Shown: positions 19,808 through 29,658, counted from the first letter of the stretch. The stretch: DNA of 64,000 nucleotides from an uncultured Aquimarina sp. (GCA_947496555.1 CANMDH010000027.1:261-64260); one strand, 5' to 3'. Notes: generated by a model not told the origin, from the sequence alone. Translations and numbers: made by a program.

Positions 19808-20437
19808 CTATTGAAATGCTTTTTCGATAACCATAAGTATTGAATAGTAAATATCAAAGGCTATAAACTTTTTGATCTGACCGGTTTTAAATTCTCTGTC
19901 GGTTATGTAATAAATTTTTTGAGAAATAAGTGAAGTACTTACATTGCCATCACCTTCTAGTGTAGTGATGATTTCTTTAAAATCGTCACTACTACTTGTA
20001 TTTTTAAGGCATTGTATAAGTCCGCCGCGATAGTTGAAAATCATGATCTCTTCTTGATTTTTACCACCAGTAGAAGGATAAGATTTCTTTACGGCCTCTT
20101 GATTTTCATAATCGCTTAGTTTTATCCAGAGTGAGTTTTTACCTGTAGCAGCTTTTTTAAACTCTCGGGTTAATTGTATAGAATTACTGGATGGCAACTT
20201 TCTAAGATCTAAAGAAAGACTCGCTACTTCTGCCAAAAAGGTTCTATACGTTTTGATGGAGTCATTTCCGAACTTATAATAAGTAAATAAATCGTTTTCA
20301 AAAGATTCGAATGCTCTTTTGGATAAACCACTCGCATCAATACTCAGACAATCAATATTTGTCTGTGCATATGAAGTACATGTTGACGATAAGAACAATA
20401 CCAGTAGTATCGTTCTGAATCTAATCTTAAGGGGCAT
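19808..20437 (-). CDS. secreted hypothetical protein inserted between mutA and mutB
   Basis: 209 aa with a signal peptide (ILLVLFLSSTCTSYAQ). I recognise no motif. Confidence 0.6.
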   Translation of the reverse strand: MPLKIRFRTILLVLFLSSTCTSYAQTNIDCLSIDASGLSKRAFESFENDLFTYYKFGNDSIKTYRTFLAEVASLSLDLRKLPSSNSIQLTREFKKAATGKNSLWIKLSDYENQEAVKKSYPSTGGKNQEEIMIFNYRGGLIQCLKNTSSSDDFKEIITTLEGDGNVSTSLISQKIYYITDREFKTGQIKKFIAFDIYYSILMVIEKAFQ

Positions 20438-20526
20438 TGATTTAGATTTAGTAATGTTAGTGTATAGGCTGATTTTTGTTATTAATTAATTTGCAAGTTA
20501 ACAATAAGTTGGCAAATATTAACGTT

Positions 20527-21891
20527 TTATTGTGTGTTTTTCTCTATAACCTCACTTAATCTTCTTTTTATAACAGGTTCAAGAAGGGTTTTTCTTACAT
20601 TTTTATTTAAAAAAACTGGCTTCTCAAATTCTGGAATTATTTCTTTATCGTTCCTATATTTGTTAGCACCGGTTAGGACAATTTTTTCTTTATTAAACAA
20701 TTCTTGCTCCTTTTTGGCGCTCTCTTTTATTTTTCGTTGAATGTTTCCAGACTTAAGTTGATTTAAGAATCCACCTCCTTGTTCAATATTTTTAAATAAT
20801 GCTAGCGAATCTTCTGCTAATTGACTGGTAAGACTCTCTATGTAATAAGAGCCAGAAGCTGGATTTTCGACTAGGTCAAGGTAACTTTCGTTTTTTAAGA
20901 TCAATAATTGATTTAACGAAATCCTGGTTCCAAAATCATTTTCGAGATGGTAAATATCGTCGTAAGGTAAATTATAAATTGTATCTGCTCCTCCCAATAT
21001 GGTACTCATACACTCTGTTGTTGTACGAAGCATATTCACATTATAATCCAAAATAGTTTTATTTCGATGTGAAGGATAGGCAATGATATGGCACTCATTA
21101 ATAACATTATATTGAGATGCTAATGCCTGCCATAATATTCTAAGAGCACGCAGTTTGGCAATTTCAAAAAAGTAATTCCCTCCTACGGCCACTTTAAAGA
21201 TGATTTTGTTTCTCTTAAAAGGGTTATAGTCCTTATCATCAAAATGATTTAAATATTCATTGGCATGAGCCAGTGCATATGCCAATTGCTGAATCATGGT
21301 AGCTCCGGCATTTTGATAAAGACTTATATCAATGCTCAGGGTGCTTTTTAGTGAAGTACATTTAGTAATTTCTTCCAGGGCTTGATGATCTTCCTTTAGG
21401 TTTGCAAACCAATTACCCGTTGCAGCAAGAAGATTAATGATATCGGTTAAAAGATAAATATGCTGTTTGCTAGTTTTGGCAATATCATTTAATATATTGA
21501 CATATGAAGCCGAGAGAAATTTAGTTTCAATAAAAATAGAAGTTTCCGAGGGAATATCTTGTAGAAGAACTTTTGGATCCACCTCTTCTTTTTGGATGAC
21601 AAGAAAGATAGTTTCTGCTCCTTTTTTAATAGCTTGAATGCCTTTCTTATTCCCTATAGTAGCATCACTTACTTCTATTTTGATCGAGTTTTTCCATTCT
21701 GAAGGATGCGAAACGGGATTGTCAATTTCAGAGAGATCCTCTTGATGATAAAAAGGTTTAATATCAATACCCTCTAGGGATTTGTATATCAAGGCTTCAT
21801 TATAATCTGCTCCTTTAAGATCAAATTGAATTTTTTGTTTCCACTGTTTTGCAGAAACCTGGTCAAAACTATCAAATAAGGATTTAGTCAT
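20527..21891 (-). CDS. mutA: methylmalonyl-CoA mutase, small subunit
   Basis: Mutase fold without a B12 motif. FDSFDQVSAKQWKQKIQFDLKG and EGIDIKPFY are typical of MutA. The track start at 21951 adds an odd N-terminus. The ATG at 21891 (MTKSLFDSF) overlaps the upstream gene by 8 nt. Confidence 0.88.
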   Translation of the reverse strand: MTKSLFDSFDQVSAKQWKQKIQFDLKGADYNEALIYKSLEGIDIKPFYHQEDLSEIDNPVSHPSEWKNSIKIEVSDATIGNKKGIQAIKKGAETIFLVIQKEEVDPKVLLQDIPSETSIFIETKFLSASYVNILNDIAKTSKQHIYLLTDIINLLAATGNWFANLKEDHQALEEITKCTSLKSTLSIDISLYQNAGATMIQQLAYALAHANEYLNHFDDKDYNPFKRNKIIFKVAVGGNYFFEIAKLRALRILWQALASQYNVINECHIIAYPSHRNKTILDYNVNMLRTTTECMSTILGGADTIYNLPYDDIYHLENDFGTRISLNQLLILKNESYLDLVENPASGSYYIESLTSQLAEDSLALFKNIEQGGGFLNQLKSGNIQRKIKESAKKEQELFNKEKIVLTGANKYRNDKEIIPEFEKPVFLNKNVRKTLLEPVIKRRLSEVIEKNTQ

Positions 21892-22243
21892 TTTTCTTTG
21901 TTTTAGGAACGCTGTCTTCATATTCGATGATATAGATCTCTTCATCATCACGTTTCATAAAATATTCTTCTCGTGCAAATTTTTCTAACTCGCTACTGTC
22001 TTTTAATACTTTGATATCTTTTTGATCCTTAACGATCTCTTGGATATAATACTCTTTATTATCTTCAAGCTCTTTAATTTCTTGATCGAGTTCTTGATGA
22101 ATGAGCCAAGAATTGGTATCAAGAAACAACATCCAGATCACAAATAACAATACAATTAGCACATATTTATTTAAAAATATGGCAAATATCGGTATCAATG
22201 CCGGTTTGTTTTTTAGTTTCTGAAAATAACTTTTAAGCTTCAA
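21884..22243 (-). CDS. septum formation initiator (FtsB/DivIC-like) family protein
   Basis: 119 aa with one TM helix followed by a coiled coil (QELDQEIKELEDNKEYYIQEI) and an EKFAREEYFMK motif. Confidence 0.8.
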   Translation of the reverse strand: MKLKSYFQKLKNKPALIPIFAIFLNKYVLIVLLFVIWMLFLDTNSWLIHQELDQEIKELEDNKEYYIQEIVKDQKDIKVLKDSSELEKFAREEYFMKRDDEEIYIIEYEDSVPKTKKND

Positions 22244-22280
22244 TCTAAGTAGGGTAATGTTTGGTGTAAAGGTACAAAAG

Positions 22281-22889
22281 TTAATTCAAGCGCTCTTTGA
22301 TAATTGTGCGCACGATATCAACCGCCACATTATTATAATGATTGTTGGGGATGATAAGATCGGCAAACTCTTTTGTAGGATCGATGAATTGCTGATGCAT
22401 CGGTTTTAAGGTGTTTTGATAACGATCCAAAACTTCATCCATATCCCTGCCGCGCTCTGCAATGTCTCTTTTTAATCGTCTTATTAACCGTTCGTCACTA
22501 TCGGTATGTACGTATATTTTGATATCAAACATATCTCTTATTTCTGGATTCGTAAGGATTAGGATTCCTTCTACAATCATAACCTTACTTGGTTTTGTTT
22601 TGATTGTTTCTTTGGTACGGTTATGTTCTACAAATGAGTATACAGGCTGATCTATCGTTTCTCCTTTCCTCAATGCAGTAAGATGTTTGCCAAGTAGTTC
22701 GAAATCTATCGATTGTGGGTGGTCAAAATTTATTTTTACTCTTTCTTCGTAAGTAAGGTGGCTGGTGTCTTTATAATATGCATCCTGCGAAATTACGCAT
22801 ACTTCATTCTCTGGTAACTCATTTACAATTTGATTCACAACAGTGGTTTTTCCACAACCTGTTCCTCCGGCTATACCGATAATTAGCAT
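22281..22889 (-). CDS. udk: uridine kinase
   Basis: 202 aa. P-loop GIAGGTGCGKTT and a typical Udk body (DAYYKD, FDHPQSIDFELL). Confidence 0.93.
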   Translation of the reverse strand: MLIIGIAGGTGCGKTTVVNQIVNELPENEVCVISQDAYYKDTSHLTYEERVKINFDHPQSIDFELLGKHLTALRKGETIDQPVYSFVEHNRTKETIKTKPSKVMIVEGILILTNPEIRDMFDIKIYVHTDSDERLIRRLKRDIAERGRDMDEVLDRYQNTLKPMHQQFIDPTKEFADLIIPNNHYNNVAVDIVRTIIKERLN

Positions 22890-22992
22890 TTCGATTTGTT
22901 TTTCGGCAAATTTAGAAATAGTTATTGAGTTTTTGAATAGGGGAGTGAATGAGTTTTTGGGTTTTTATTAAGAAATAAACCTTAGGTGGTTT

Positions 22993-24075
22993 CTAATTAG
23001 GGTAATAAATTACCCCCGAAGAGGAGTCTTTAATAGCACCCGTAACCGATTTCAGGCAATTGATTTCATTGATATCTCGTAATACCCCCATAAAGGCAAA
23101 AATCATCGCCTCTTTAAAATCTATAATTTCTTCTGATGGAATGATGATTTCGGCAAAATCTTTTACTTTATCCTGAAGGGTTTCAATCAAAAAATCATTT
23201 TTTGCACCGCCGCCAGTAACTAAAATCTTAGCATTCTTCTTTTGAGTATTCTTGATAACAGTGGCTATTTGTGTAGCAATGTGATGCACCGATGTATGTA
23301 ATAGGTTTTTTACTGAATCTTCAGAATTATCAATGATCGGAATTACTTTTTTTTCAAACCACTCATATCCCAAAGATTTTGGAAAGGGTAATTGATAGTA
23401 TGTTAAAGCATTTAGTTGATCTAATATATCATTATTTATGGCTCCGGTAGCAGCAATTTTACCTCCTTTATCATAGTCAAGATCGATTTTTTTACAAATA
23501 TGATTAAGAAGCATATTCACCGGAGAGATGTCATAGGCAATTCTTTTTTCTGTATTTTCAAAAGAAATATTGCTGATTCCCCCCAGGTTTAAGCAAAAAT
23601 CATATTCTCCAAATAACAATTGATCTCCAATAGGAACTAGGGGCGCGCCTTGGCCTCCCAAAGCCACATCGTTGGTTCTAAAGTCACAAATCACTTTTTG
23701 ACCACTGGCATTTGCAAGATGCTGTCCGGATCCTATCTGATAGGTAAGACCAATTTCGGGTTGATGAAAAACGGTATGCCCATGACTGGCTATAAAATCT
23801 ACTTCAATGTTGTTTTTATCTACAAAATCTTTCACTTTTCCTCCAAGCCAACTACCATATTCGTTATGGAATGCCAATAATTTTGAAGCCTCAATATGCA
23901 CCGTGTTTTTTAGTTTTTCTTTAAATTCGGGAGTGTAGTCAATGCTTTCGGTTTTTTCTATCGAAAAAGACCAGGTTTCATTTTTCTTTTCAAAATAACA
24001 ATAGGCAATATCCAAACCATCAAGAGAGGTTCCAGACATTAAACCGATAACTTTATATAGTTGCGTTTTCGACAT
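22993..24075 (-). CDS. anmK: anhydro-N-acetylmuramic acid kinase
   Basis: 360 aa. N-terminus GLMSGTSLDGLDIA, with GGQGAPLVP and VTGGGAKN motifs as in AnmK. It overlaps the upstream methyltransferase gene by 23 nt. Confidence 0.9.
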   Translation of the reverse strand: MSKTQLYKVIGLMSGTSLDGLDIAYCYFEKKNETWSFSIEKTESIDYTPEFKEKLKNTVHIEASKLLAFHNEYGSWLGGKVKDFVDKNNIEVDFIASHGHTVFHQPEIGLTYQIGSGQHLANASGQKVICDFRTNDVALGGQGAPLVPIGDQLLFGEYDFCLNLGGISNISFENTEKRIAYDISPVNMLLNHICKKIDLDYDKGGKIAATGAINNDILDQLNALTYYQLPFPKSLGYEWFEKKVIPIIDNSEDSVKNLLHTSVHHIATQIATVIKNTQKKNAKILVTGGGAKNDFLIETLQDKVKDFAEIIIPSEEIIDFKEAMIFAFMGVLRDINEINCLKSVTGAIKDSSSGVIYYPN

Positions 24076-24745
24076 AGTGCAAGGTAAAAATTATTGATAA
24101 CAACTCGTCCTGATCATTGGTAACTTCCGCAATATCCTCAATCGATAAATTACAATTGGTAAATACTTCAATCCAGTCTTCAAGAGTTCTGGCATACCAT
24201 CGATGAGGATTTTTAAAATTACCCGGAAGCCCTTTCCATGAATCTTTAATCCATTGACTTTGGTAGGCTACCTTTTGATATTTTAAAAAGTGTGGATGTA
24301 ACGTTTGGATTATTATTTTGCCATCTGGGGCAAGTATTCTTTTTAGGGCGTTCAACAAATTTTGAACTTCATCCTTTTGATATAAACTAAAGTTACAAAC
24401 TATGCCGTCATACGGAGACTTTGGAATTGGAACTCCTCTTATAATTTCTTCATAGGTTAAGGTATAAAAGTATTGTGGTCCTTTTTGCTGTGCATTTTTG
24501 ATGAGTGTATCAATCGCATCGATTCCCACAATTTCTGTAAATTGGTTGGATAATGAGCGGGTAAGCCAACCCTCACCACAACCAACATCAAGGATTTTTG
24601 TAAAAGCATGTTTTCTAATATGATTTACAATCGCCGGATTGGTGTACATTCTAGAAGGGATGATATTGTCGTCGATAACACGAATCCATTCCTTTGCATT
24701 AGTTGACCAAGATTCAAAAATTGATGTGTTTGTCATTTTTACCAA
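24053..24745 (-). CDS. class I SAM-dependent methyltransferase
   Basis: 230 aa. Motif I ILDVGCGEGWLT and post-I VGIDA. It is embedded in the muropeptide operon, 2 nt after the GH3 stop. The start could instead be M4. Confidence 0.8.
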   Translation of the reverse strand: MVKMTNTSIFESWSTNAKEWIRVIDDNIIPSRMYTNPAIVNHIRKHAFTKILDVGCGEGWLTRSLSNQFTEIVGIDAIDTLIKNAQQKGPQYFYTLTYEEIIRGVPIPKSPYDGIVCNFSLYQKDEVQNLLNALKRILAPDGKIIIQTLHPHFLKYQKVAYQSQWIKDSWKGLPGNFKNPHRWYARTLEDWIEVFTNCNLSIEDIAEVTNDQDELLSIIFTLHYVENATI

Positions 24746-24747
24746 TT

Positions 24748-26319
24748 TTAGGGTGTTACGGGAATATTTCCAGCGGTATTATGTTTACCCAAAAAATGCT
24801 GCCCTGCTACTTGTTGAAATTCTGTGAAGTCCTGATAGGCAAGAATAATATTTTCAATATGATCCGTATTAAAAACCCTTAGTACATATGGATTACCAAA
24901 CAAGTACAAAGTTACCCGGTTTAATTTACTTAGATTTTGGATGTATTCGATGGTTTTCTGATCAAGTCCGAAATTATGTATAGGTTTCACTGAAGGAGGG
25001 AATAGTGCGATAAGTATATTCTTTGCATTATGTTCTACTATATCTTCTTCAGAATATGAATACTTTTTGAAGTTTATATTATCTGCAATATGATCAAAGA
25101 AAGTGCAGCTTGGTTTTCCAATACAAATTGCTTCAAATGTTTCTGTTTTAAATTTCTCCAGTGTTTCAGATGCGCCTTTGATCATGGTAATGGTCTGTTG
25201 TGCAATTTTTTGATTTAAAACTGAATGTGTATCTGGTTTTGGAGGTAATATACTTGATTTTTGAACTGAAAATGCTTTTTGTTTCATTTTCCATATTCTA
25301 TTGAAACTATCTTCAATCTGTTGATCCGAAGCGTTTTTTTCAATCATGCGAATCCCTTCCTCTACATTTTCTGAAAAACATAAAATATCATTACCGGCAT
25401 CAAAGGCTTTCCATTCCAACAATCCTTTTTCTTGGTATAACTTAGATACACTGTGCATGTTCAGCGCATCAGAGATTACAACGCTCCCAAATCCTAATCT
25501 CTCTCTAAGTACACCTTTTATAATGTCTTTTGATAAAGTAGCAGAAATATGTTGTGCATTACTTAATTCGGGTACTACCAGATGCCCAATCATTATGCTA
25601 TCAATACCCGATTCGATGGCTTTTATAAATGGATATAACTCCTGGTCATGTATTTCGGCTTTGGATTTATTAATTACCGGAAGTCCAAGATGGGAATCTA
25701 CATTGGTATCTCCATGCCCTGGAAAATGCTTAAAACAGCCTAAAACTCCTGCTTCTTTTGTCCCTTTATAAAAAGATAATGCCTTTTCGGTAACTTTTTC
25801 TTTGTTTTCACCAAAAGAACGATACCCTATTACTGGATTATTCGGATTCATATTAATATCAGCCACAGGGGCCAAATTCATATGTATACCTATGTTGGCA
25901 AGATCGTTTCCTATTTGTTTTCCGGTCTGAAAAATAAGCTCATTTTGATTGTCTGGTAAGGCTCCTAAAGTAAGTGCATACGGATATTGGGGTGTGTTTT
26001 CTACGCGCATTGCCAAACCCCATTCGGCATCAATACTTATTAATAATGGAGTAGGGGCAATACTTTGATAATGATCTATTAATTCTTCAAGTCTTTGAAA
26101 ACTGTTTTCATTTCGTGTTATTTTTTTCTTCCCTTCAAAATTGGTGGCAGCACTTGCACGGCTGTGAAAAAAAGTGAGTCCGCCAATATTGAAATTTTTA
26201 ATAAGTGTTTCTAAACGTCGAATTTCTTCTTGAGAGTCATTTATAAAAGCTGCCGGAAAGAAAAACTGTCCGATTTTTTCTCTTTTAGAAAGGTTTTTTA
26301 AGTTGTCTACTGGCATCAT
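24748..26319 (-). CDS. glycoside hydrolase family 3, NagZ-like beta-N-acetylhexosaminidase with an extra C-terminal domain
   Basis: 523 aa with no signal peptide. KHFPGHGDTNVDSH is the NagZ-type GH3 motif, and IDAEWG, RSFG and SDALNM are present. Confidence 0.88.
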   Translation of the reverse strand: MMPVDNLKNLSKREKIGQFFFPAAFINDSQEEIRRLETLIKNFNIGGLTFFHSRASAATNFEGKKKITRNENSFQRLEELIDHYQSIAPTPLLISIDAEWGLAMRVENTPQYPYALTLGALPDNQNELIFQTGKQIGNDLANIGIHMNLAPVADINMNPNNPVIGYRSFGENKEKVTEKALSFYKGTKEAGVLGCFKHFPGHGDTNVDSHLGLPVINKSKAEIHDQELYPFIKAIESGIDSIMIGHLVVPELSNAQHISATLSKDIIKGVLRERLGFGSVVISDALNMHSVSKLYQEKGLLEWKAFDAGNDILCFSENVEEGIRMIEKNASDQQIEDSFNRIWKMKQKAFSVQKSSILPPKPDTHSVLNQKIAQQTITMIKGASETLEKFKTETFEAICIGKPSCTFFDHIADNINFKKYSYSEEDIVEHNAKNILIALFPPSVKPIHNFGLDQKTIEYIQNLSKLNRVTLYLFGNPYVLRVFNTDHIENIILAYQDFTEFQQVAGQHFLGKHNTAGNIPVTP

Positions 26320-26322
26320 CGT

Positions 26323-27594
26323 TTAGGCTTTATCTTTTTTTCCATAATCAGTAGGATATTTAATGAACCAGGTTAGTAGAATTCCGGGTATTGCTGAAAG
26401 GGCTACCCAAAAAAAGAAGCCTGTATATCCCAGGAATTCTTGTATGATCCCGCTTAGCATACCAGGCAACATCATTCCCAATGCCATAAAACCTGTTGCG
26501 ATGGCATAGTGAGAAGTTTTTGAAACACCTTCGGCTACATAAATCAAAAACATTAAATAGGCAGCAAATCCAAATCCATATCCAAATTGTTCTATAATCA
26601 CTACCGATGTAGCAAAAACTACCGAAGATGGTTGCCAAAATGCCAATAATGCATATAAAAGGTTGGGAAGGTTTAACGCTAGGATCATTGGGAGCATCCA
26701 CTTTTTTAATCCGTGCATCGAAATGACAATGCCTCCTAAAATTCCACCAATAGTTAGTGCAATAATACCAAATGTACCATAAATAGTCCCTACTTCTGCT
26801 GTGGATAATGCTAATCCACCGGTTTCTGTACTGTCTAATAAAAAAGGAGAGGCCATTTTTACCAGTTGCGATTCTCCCAAGCGATATACTAAGATAAAAG
26901 CCAACGAGATCCAGATGTATTTCTTTTGAAAGAAAGTTATAAATACATCGATAAAGCTAATTTTTTCTTTTTGGATCGTGTTTATATCACTTTCTACTTT
27001 TGGTGTAGTGAATAAATTAACCAGAGTAAGTACAATCATTAAGACGGCTATAATGATCATGGTAAACGACCATGCTTTTTGATTATCACCATAATAACTT
27101 TCAAGAAAGCCAGCTACCACAACAAGCAAGCCTTGTCCGGTGACCATGGCCAATCGATAAAATGTACTACGTACTCCTAAGAAAAAGGATTGTTTTTTTT
27201 CTGAAAGAGCAATAAGATAGTATCCATCTGATGCAATGTCGTTTGTCGCTGAGGCAAATGCTGCTATCCAAAAACAAGCAATACTTAGGATAAAGAAATT
27301 ATTGGTGGGTATCATTAGCCCAACACCCAAAAAAGCAATAGCTACAAGTAATTGCATTCCCAGAAACCACTTACGTTTGGTGCTTTTAAGATCTACTATG
27401 GGGCTCCATAACGGTTTTATTACCCAAGGTAGATATAACCAACTTGTATAAATGCCAATATCGGCATTACTAATTCCCAATTTTTTATACATAATAACGG
27501 AAAGAGATATAATAATCACATAAGGTAATCCTTCGGTAAAATATAAGGAGGGCACCCATGCCCATGGTCTTTTGTCTATCTGTTGTTTCGTCAT
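26323..27594 (-). CDS. ampG: AmpG family muropeptide MFS permease
   Basis: 423 aa, about 12 TM helices. The N-terminus WAWVPSLYFTEGLPYVII is typical of AmpG. It overlaps the GNAT stop by 4 nt (ATGA). Confidence 0.88.
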   Translation of the reverse strand: MTKQQIDKRPWAWVPSLYFTEGLPYVIIISLSVIMYKKLGISNADIGIYTSWLYLPWVIKPLWSPIVDLKSTKRKWFLGMQLLVAIAFLGVGLMIPTNNFFILSIACFWIAAFASATNDIASDGYYLIALSEKKQSFFLGVRSTFYRLAMVTGQGLLVVVAGFLESYYGDNQKAWSFTMIIIAVLMIVLTLVNLFTTPKVESDINTIQKEKISFIDVFITFFQKKYIWISLAFILVYRLGESQLVKMASPFLLDSTETGGLALSTAEVGTIYGTFGIIALTIGGILGGIVISMHGLKKWMLPMILALNLPNLLYALLAFWQPSSVVFATSVVIIEQFGYGFGFAAYLMFLIYVAEGVSKTSHYAIATGFMALGMMLPGMLSGIIQEFLGYTGFFFWVALSAIPGILLTWFIKYPTDYGKKDKA

Positions 27595-28085
27595 GAATTG
27601 TTTTTTAGCATATGTTGATAGATACTGATTTCTGATCCATCGATTACTGTCGCATTAACGGTCTTTTGATAATATTCAACGGGGCCTACACCTCCTATGA
27701 TGGCATATGCATATCCTAGTTGCTTTAACCCAAGTAGGGCTTTGATTAATAATACTTTCCCAATGCTTTTACCTCTTTCTCTTTCAACAATACCGGTTGG
27801 GCCAAAGAAATTTTTGGCTGTACATTCATAGCAGGAGAAACCTATTATTTCTTGTTCTCTCTGCGCTATGAAACAGCTTATCGGAATTCTGGAAAATGCG
27901 ACATCAACTTCATCTGCCCAATTACTGCTAAAATGGTCGCCAACCCATTGCGTGATTACGGATTTTTCTGGGGCAATAGGTCTTCTGAAGATCACCTGTT
28001 CTTTTTCCTTTAAAACCTTTTCCGTTTGGGTGATGTCCGGAAGTGAAACCAACCTTACTAGCATATCATTCATCGGCTTTGACAT
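27591..28085 (-). CDS. GNAT family N-acetyltransferase
   Basis: 164 aa. The acetyl-CoA-binding region RERGKSIGKVLLIKAL fits the Q/RxxGxG/A pattern. The start is uncertain: 28085 overlaps the GHL10 gene by 20 nt, and 28073 and 28064 are alternatives. Confidence 0.75.
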   Translation of the reverse strand: MSKPMNDMLVRLVSLPDITQTEKVLKEKEQVIFRRPIAPEKSVITQWVGDHFSSNWADEVDVAFSRIPISCFIAQREQEIIGFSCYECTAKNFFGPTGIVERERGKSIGKVLLIKALLGLKQLGYAYAIIGGVGPVEYYQKTVNATVIDGSEISIYQHMLKNNS

Positions 28086-29583
28086 TAGAGATTAGTATAT
28101 TTTTAAATTTATAAGGCTTGCTTTCCCTTCGATAAACATCCAAATAAGTAATGGTAATTGGTTTCTTATTTTTTGTGATGGATATCGGGATTGTTATTGC
28201 AATATGATTATTAATGATTTTGGGATGGAATATACTCATATTATTTTTTGAATGATAAACTATCACAGCTCGTAAGGTTGTAGTTGTATCGTTTTTGAAG
28301 AAAAATGTTACAGAATCTTTATAGACTTTTCTCGAGGACAACTCTGGCGTAATGTCGATTCTTTTTTCTTTGATGTGAGAAGGAGTTAGGGATGGCTGTT
28401 GATACGTGCTTTTTGATAATTGCTCTGTAATATCATTGTGTTTATTAAGTAATGATTTGGCACTAAAAAATACATTTCCAGTAATGTTATCGGCTTTTCT
28501 TGCCAGTTTTACCTGCTTTGACAATTGTTTTTTCTTATTCCAGGCTTTATCAGAGTTATTTCTCACTTTATAAGCTCCATTACCAATATAGATATTAGTG
28601 TTGTTATTGTTTTTATTCCACCAATATACCAGCTTTCGATGTGAAGCTTTTGGATGATTGAGGCTCCAGTAAAGTTGCGGAGCCAAATAATCGATCCACC
28701 CTTTCTGCATCCAGGTCAGTGGATCAGCATACAAATCATCATAGGTAGTTTGTCCAGCTTCGGTATCAGAACCTGCAGAATCTACTGACTTGTTACGCCA
28801 TACCCCAAACGGACTAATACCAAATTGTACCCAAGGTTTTTGAGCTTTTATATTTGTATGGATATCGCGAATTAAGGTATTTACATTTTCTCTTCGCCAA
28901 TCTTCTATAGATTGGTCAGACTTAGCATACTGCTGGTAAGACCCTTGGTCATCAAAAACTTCATCTTTGATCTTATATGGATAAAAATAATCATCAAAAT
29001 GAATAGCATCTACATCATAATTATTAACAACTTCATTGATCACAGAAACCAGATGTTGTTGAACTTCTGGTAATCCTGGATTGTAATAATATTTCTTTCC
29101 ATATTTGATCATCCATGCGGGATGTTGATGATAGTCATGTTTTTGATCGAGAATGCTGGTATCCAAATCAAAAGTAGCGCGATAGGGGTTAAGCCATGCA
29201 TGAAATTCGAATCCTCGTTGATGTGATTCAGTAATCATCCAGGCCAATGGATCGTAATAGGTGCGAGGAGGGTTACCTTCTTTTCCAGTTAAAAAACGAG
29301 ACCAAGGTGCTAATTTTGAAGGGTATAAAGCATCACCAGCCGTACGAATCTGAACAATAACAGCGTTGAAATGCAATTTTTTATAAAATTCTAAGATCTC
29401 AATAAAATCCTCTTGTTGCTTTTTTACAGTATCGCTTCCGCTTTTTGGCCAATCGATATTAACTACAGAAGCGATCCATACTCCTCTAAATTCTCTCTTA
29501 TAAGAAGATTTGTTTTTGATCAAACTTCCGCAAGAACAAAATAATAATACCAAGAAAACAAAGTGTATTTTATAGCTGCTCAT
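28066..29583 (-). CDS. glycosyl hydrolase-like family 10 (GHL10/YngK-type) lipoprotein
   Basis: 505 aa. Lipobox VLLFCSCG. FRGVWIASVVNIDWP and the following TIM-barrel-like region are typical of GHL10 (formerly DUF187). There is an extra C-terminal domain of about 100 aa. Confidence 0.8.
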   Translation of the reverse strand: MSSYKIHFVFLVLLFCSCGSLIKNKSSYKREFRGVWIASVVNIDWPKSGSDTVKKQQEDFIEILEFYKKLHFNAVIVQIRTAGDALYPSKLAPWSRFLTGKEGNPPRTYYDPLAWMITESHQRGFEFHAWLNPYRATFDLDTSILDQKHDYHQHPAWMIKYGKKYYYNPGLPEVQQHLVSVINEVVNNYDVDAIHFDDYFYPYKIKDEVFDDQGSYQQYAKSDQSIEDWRRENVNTLIRDIHTNIKAQKPWVQFGISPFGVWRNKSVDSAGSDTEAGQTTYDDLYADPLTWMQKGWIDYLAPQLYWSLNHPKASHRKLVYWWNKNNNNTNIYIGNGAYKVRNNSDKAWNKKKQLSKQVKLARKADNITGNVFFSAKSLLNKHNDITEQLSKSTYQQPSLTPSHIKEKRIDITPELSSRKVYKDSVTFFFKNDTTTTLRAVIVYHSKNNMSIFHPKIINNHIAITIPISITKNKKPITITYLDVYRRESKPYKFKNILISNVKADE

Positions 29584-29599
29584 ATATGACTTGAAAAGA

Positions 29600-29627
29600 C
29601 TTACTCAATATTTTTACTATGAGTAAG
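29600..29627 (-). terminator. hairpin between susD-like and GHL10 genes (partial terminator or processing site)
   Basis: Perfect 8-bp stem CTTACTCA (29600-29607) / TGAGTAAG (29620-29627) with a 12-nt loop. A- and T-rich runs flank it. Confidence 0.4.
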
Positions 29628-29658
29628 CCTTTTTGGATTATTTGCTGGAATTATACAT

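Noticed and set aside
22927-22959. Direct repeat TGAGTTTTTG x2 upstream of udk, and its similarity to the GAGTT blocks of the 2551-2611 hairpin
   Set aside because: The repeats are short and AT-rich with only two copies. I could not show a dispersed repeat family by eye. It would need a genome-wide k-mer search.
26360-26701. 113-aa alternative-frame ORF inside ampG
   Set aside because: It is on the same strand but out of frame with a 12-TM permease that is clearly coding here. It is Cys/Trp-rich nonsense-like sequence.
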